A DNA stretch of 63,301 bases, the filler included, from Chiloscyllium plagiosum (taxonomy: Eukaryota), in assembly GCF_004010195.1 (NCBI RefSeq). It is 4 parts of one record of this genome, joined end to end, with 100 filler letters (N's around TTAATTAATTAA, not from the genome) between each part and the next. Parts side by side here need not be neighbours in the genome. Positions count along the whole stretch, not along the records: positions 59,480 to 63,301 come from NC_057711.1; 3 more parts are not named here. One strand, written 5' to 3'. Below the pieces are notes generated by a model. The model had not been told where the DNA came from, made no database searches, and was given only the letters and a program-made list of their open reading frames with translations. This document shows, in pieces, positions 61,482-63,301 of this stretch (the stretch's first letter is position 1; the number at the start of each line of letters is the position of its first letter). The position numbers were made by a program, and so were the translations under genes.

Positions 61482-61622
61482 ACTGCCCGTAGTGTTAGGT
61501 AAGAGGTAAATGTAGGGGTATGGGTGGGTTGCGCTTAGGCGGGGCGGTGTGGACATGTTGGGCCGAAGGGCCTGTTTCCACACTAAGTAATCTAATCTCA
61601 TCTAATCTAATCTAATCTAATC
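61482..61622 (+). mobile_element. HE1-type SINE 3' half with (TCTAA)n tail
   Basis: gtaaatgtaggggtatgggtgggttgcgc...ggccgaagggcctgtttccacact(aatct)n. Confidence 0.85.
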
Positions 61623-62464
61623 CATGGACAGGCAGTTGCTACCCATGGACCTGGCCAAGATAGAGGCTCAGAGGAGTTGCCAGGCACCTACTTTGACGTT
61701 CATGCTGAAAACCGTCACTATTTGATGTGTGTCTCTGTCTTTCTGCCATATGGGAGAACAACAAACCACACACAAATGAGGAGAAAATAGCTCATTCTGA
61801 AATGTAAAAAGCAAGCAAATAAGCCTCTTGCCATTCTTGGTGGGATTCTCATCTCACTGTTCAAATCTCGGGTAGAATATCAGGTTTTTTTTTCCTGAGA
61901 CAATGGAAAAAAAAAGTGTGATGCTCAATCCTGCTGTATTTTCCCAAATGACTTCCCATTGCCCACATGAGTCGGGAAGTGGGGGAAAAAAAAAAAATCA
62001 GCTCCATAGTGTTGCATGCTTTGGACAAAACAGCCACGTGATTTTGCTTTAAAATAAATGTTTCACACATTGCAAATTATTTATTGGTTGATGAAACATT
62101 TTGCTAATGGGGCATTATTCCTATCCACTTCCTTCACTTCCATTTCTATGGTAATAATTTCAGTCGTGCTACTTCAGACACACTTGGATATTATTTTTAA
62201 TCTATAAAAAGTTATTTAATTTTAGTTACCTTACAGTCGTTCAATACTAGTTTATGTGACTGTTCCACGTAGCATTCTTTTTGTGACATAGCCAAAACAT
62301 TTTAAGTTTTATTTCTTAGATCAAGCACAAGTTACAGGTTAAACTACAAGATTTACTTTTATTTAATTCTCTGCCTACTCCATTTTTGCCCACCTTATCA
62401 AGTCATGAACCACTGACTGTCTGCTGTTGTCCCTTTTCTTCTAATCACACATGAATTGCCTATC

Positions 62465-63130
62465 CACAGATCCCTGAAGGTGGCAGGCCAGGTTCATAAG
62501 ATAGTTACAACATACAAGATGCTTGTCTTTATTACTTGTTGCATAAATAATAAGTGCAGGGAGGTTATGTCAGAGCTGTTCTGAACTTTGGTTAGGCCAC
62601 AGTTGGAGTACTGTCTGCAGTTCTGGTCACCACACTATAGGAAGGGTATGTTTGTACTGAAGGGGCACACAGAAGATTCACCAGGCTGTTGCCTGGGATC
62701 AAGCATTTCAGCTATGCAGAAAGCCTGGATAGCTCAGGCTGTTTTCTTTGAAGTACAGAAGGTTGAGGGGGACCTGATAAAAGTGCATAAAATTATGAGG
62801 GATATGGACACATATGGACAGCTGTTCCATCTAGTCAAAGGATCAATAACAAGGAAACATAATTTCAAACTGGAATGCAAGAAATTTACAGGGGATTTTG
62901 AGGAAAAGATTTTTCATCAAGATGGTAGTAGGGGCCAGAAATGCACTGCCAGGGAAGGTAGTTCAGCTGAAAAACCTCACAAACTTTAACAAGTACTTAA
63001 GATGAGCACATGAAGAGTCATAACATTCAAGGCTGTATGGGCCTAGTAGAGGAAAGTGGGACTGTCTTGGTGATCCAGACTCAACGAGCCAACAGGCCTC
63101 TCAAGGCAGTGTGGTTCTATGATTCTATGA
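62465..63130 (+). mobile_element. CR1 RT C-terminus and 3' end
   Basis: LVRPQLEYCLQFWSPHYRK, GDLIKVHKIMR; ends ttctatgattctatga. Confidence 0.85.
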
Positions 63131-63301
63131 TCTGTTGCCAATGATTTTCTTAACATTTGCTGAAGTCTTGAACATCCTCAGAATTCATTTTGCAGATCAA
63201 ACATTTGGGTATCAGATGTTTCTCTTTGTGTTGGAATTGTTTTTCAAACTAGATTTGCTCGGGGGGGGGGGGGGGGGGAAGGGGGGGGAAGAGGGGGGAA
63301 G

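Noticed and set aside
63261..63301. Poly-G/purine run as a functional G-quadruplex
   Set aside because: Truncated at the window edge, low complexity and prone to sequencing error

Overview
Repeat-dense eukaryotic genomic DNA with assembly gaps. It is almost certainly from a cartilaginous fish; the HE1-type V-SINEs with CR1/HER1-type partner LINEs point to a shark, and a bamboo/carpet shark is my inference. No intact host protein-coding gene, tRNA/rRNA gene or CRISPR array is supportable, and nearly all ORFs in the track are transposon fragments, antisense shadows, tandem repeats or N-gap artefacts. The window holds many CR1 LINE fragments (two with SGNH-esterase ORF1), seven HE1 SINEs, Penelope-like elements (PLEs) of both Neptune and Penelope/Poseidon type, a Gypsy remnant, several LTRs, PIF/Harbinger remnants (one with a spliced Myb/SANT gene), TA-flanked MITEs and two minisatellites. 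A repeat-poor block at about 8.2-13.1 kb may be the last exon and 3' UTR of a + strand gene. The most interesting signal is a set of minimal hammerhead-ribozyme motifs (CUGANGA-N-stem II-GAAA-palindrome-UH) in at least four sequence families at PLE termini. Several sit in 100-230 bp ORF-less insertions with their own target-site duplications, some of them long inverted-repeat hairpins. Hammerheads in PLEs are established biology; whether these mini-elements move as independent units is untested. All family assignments are by eye from motifs, not from database searches.
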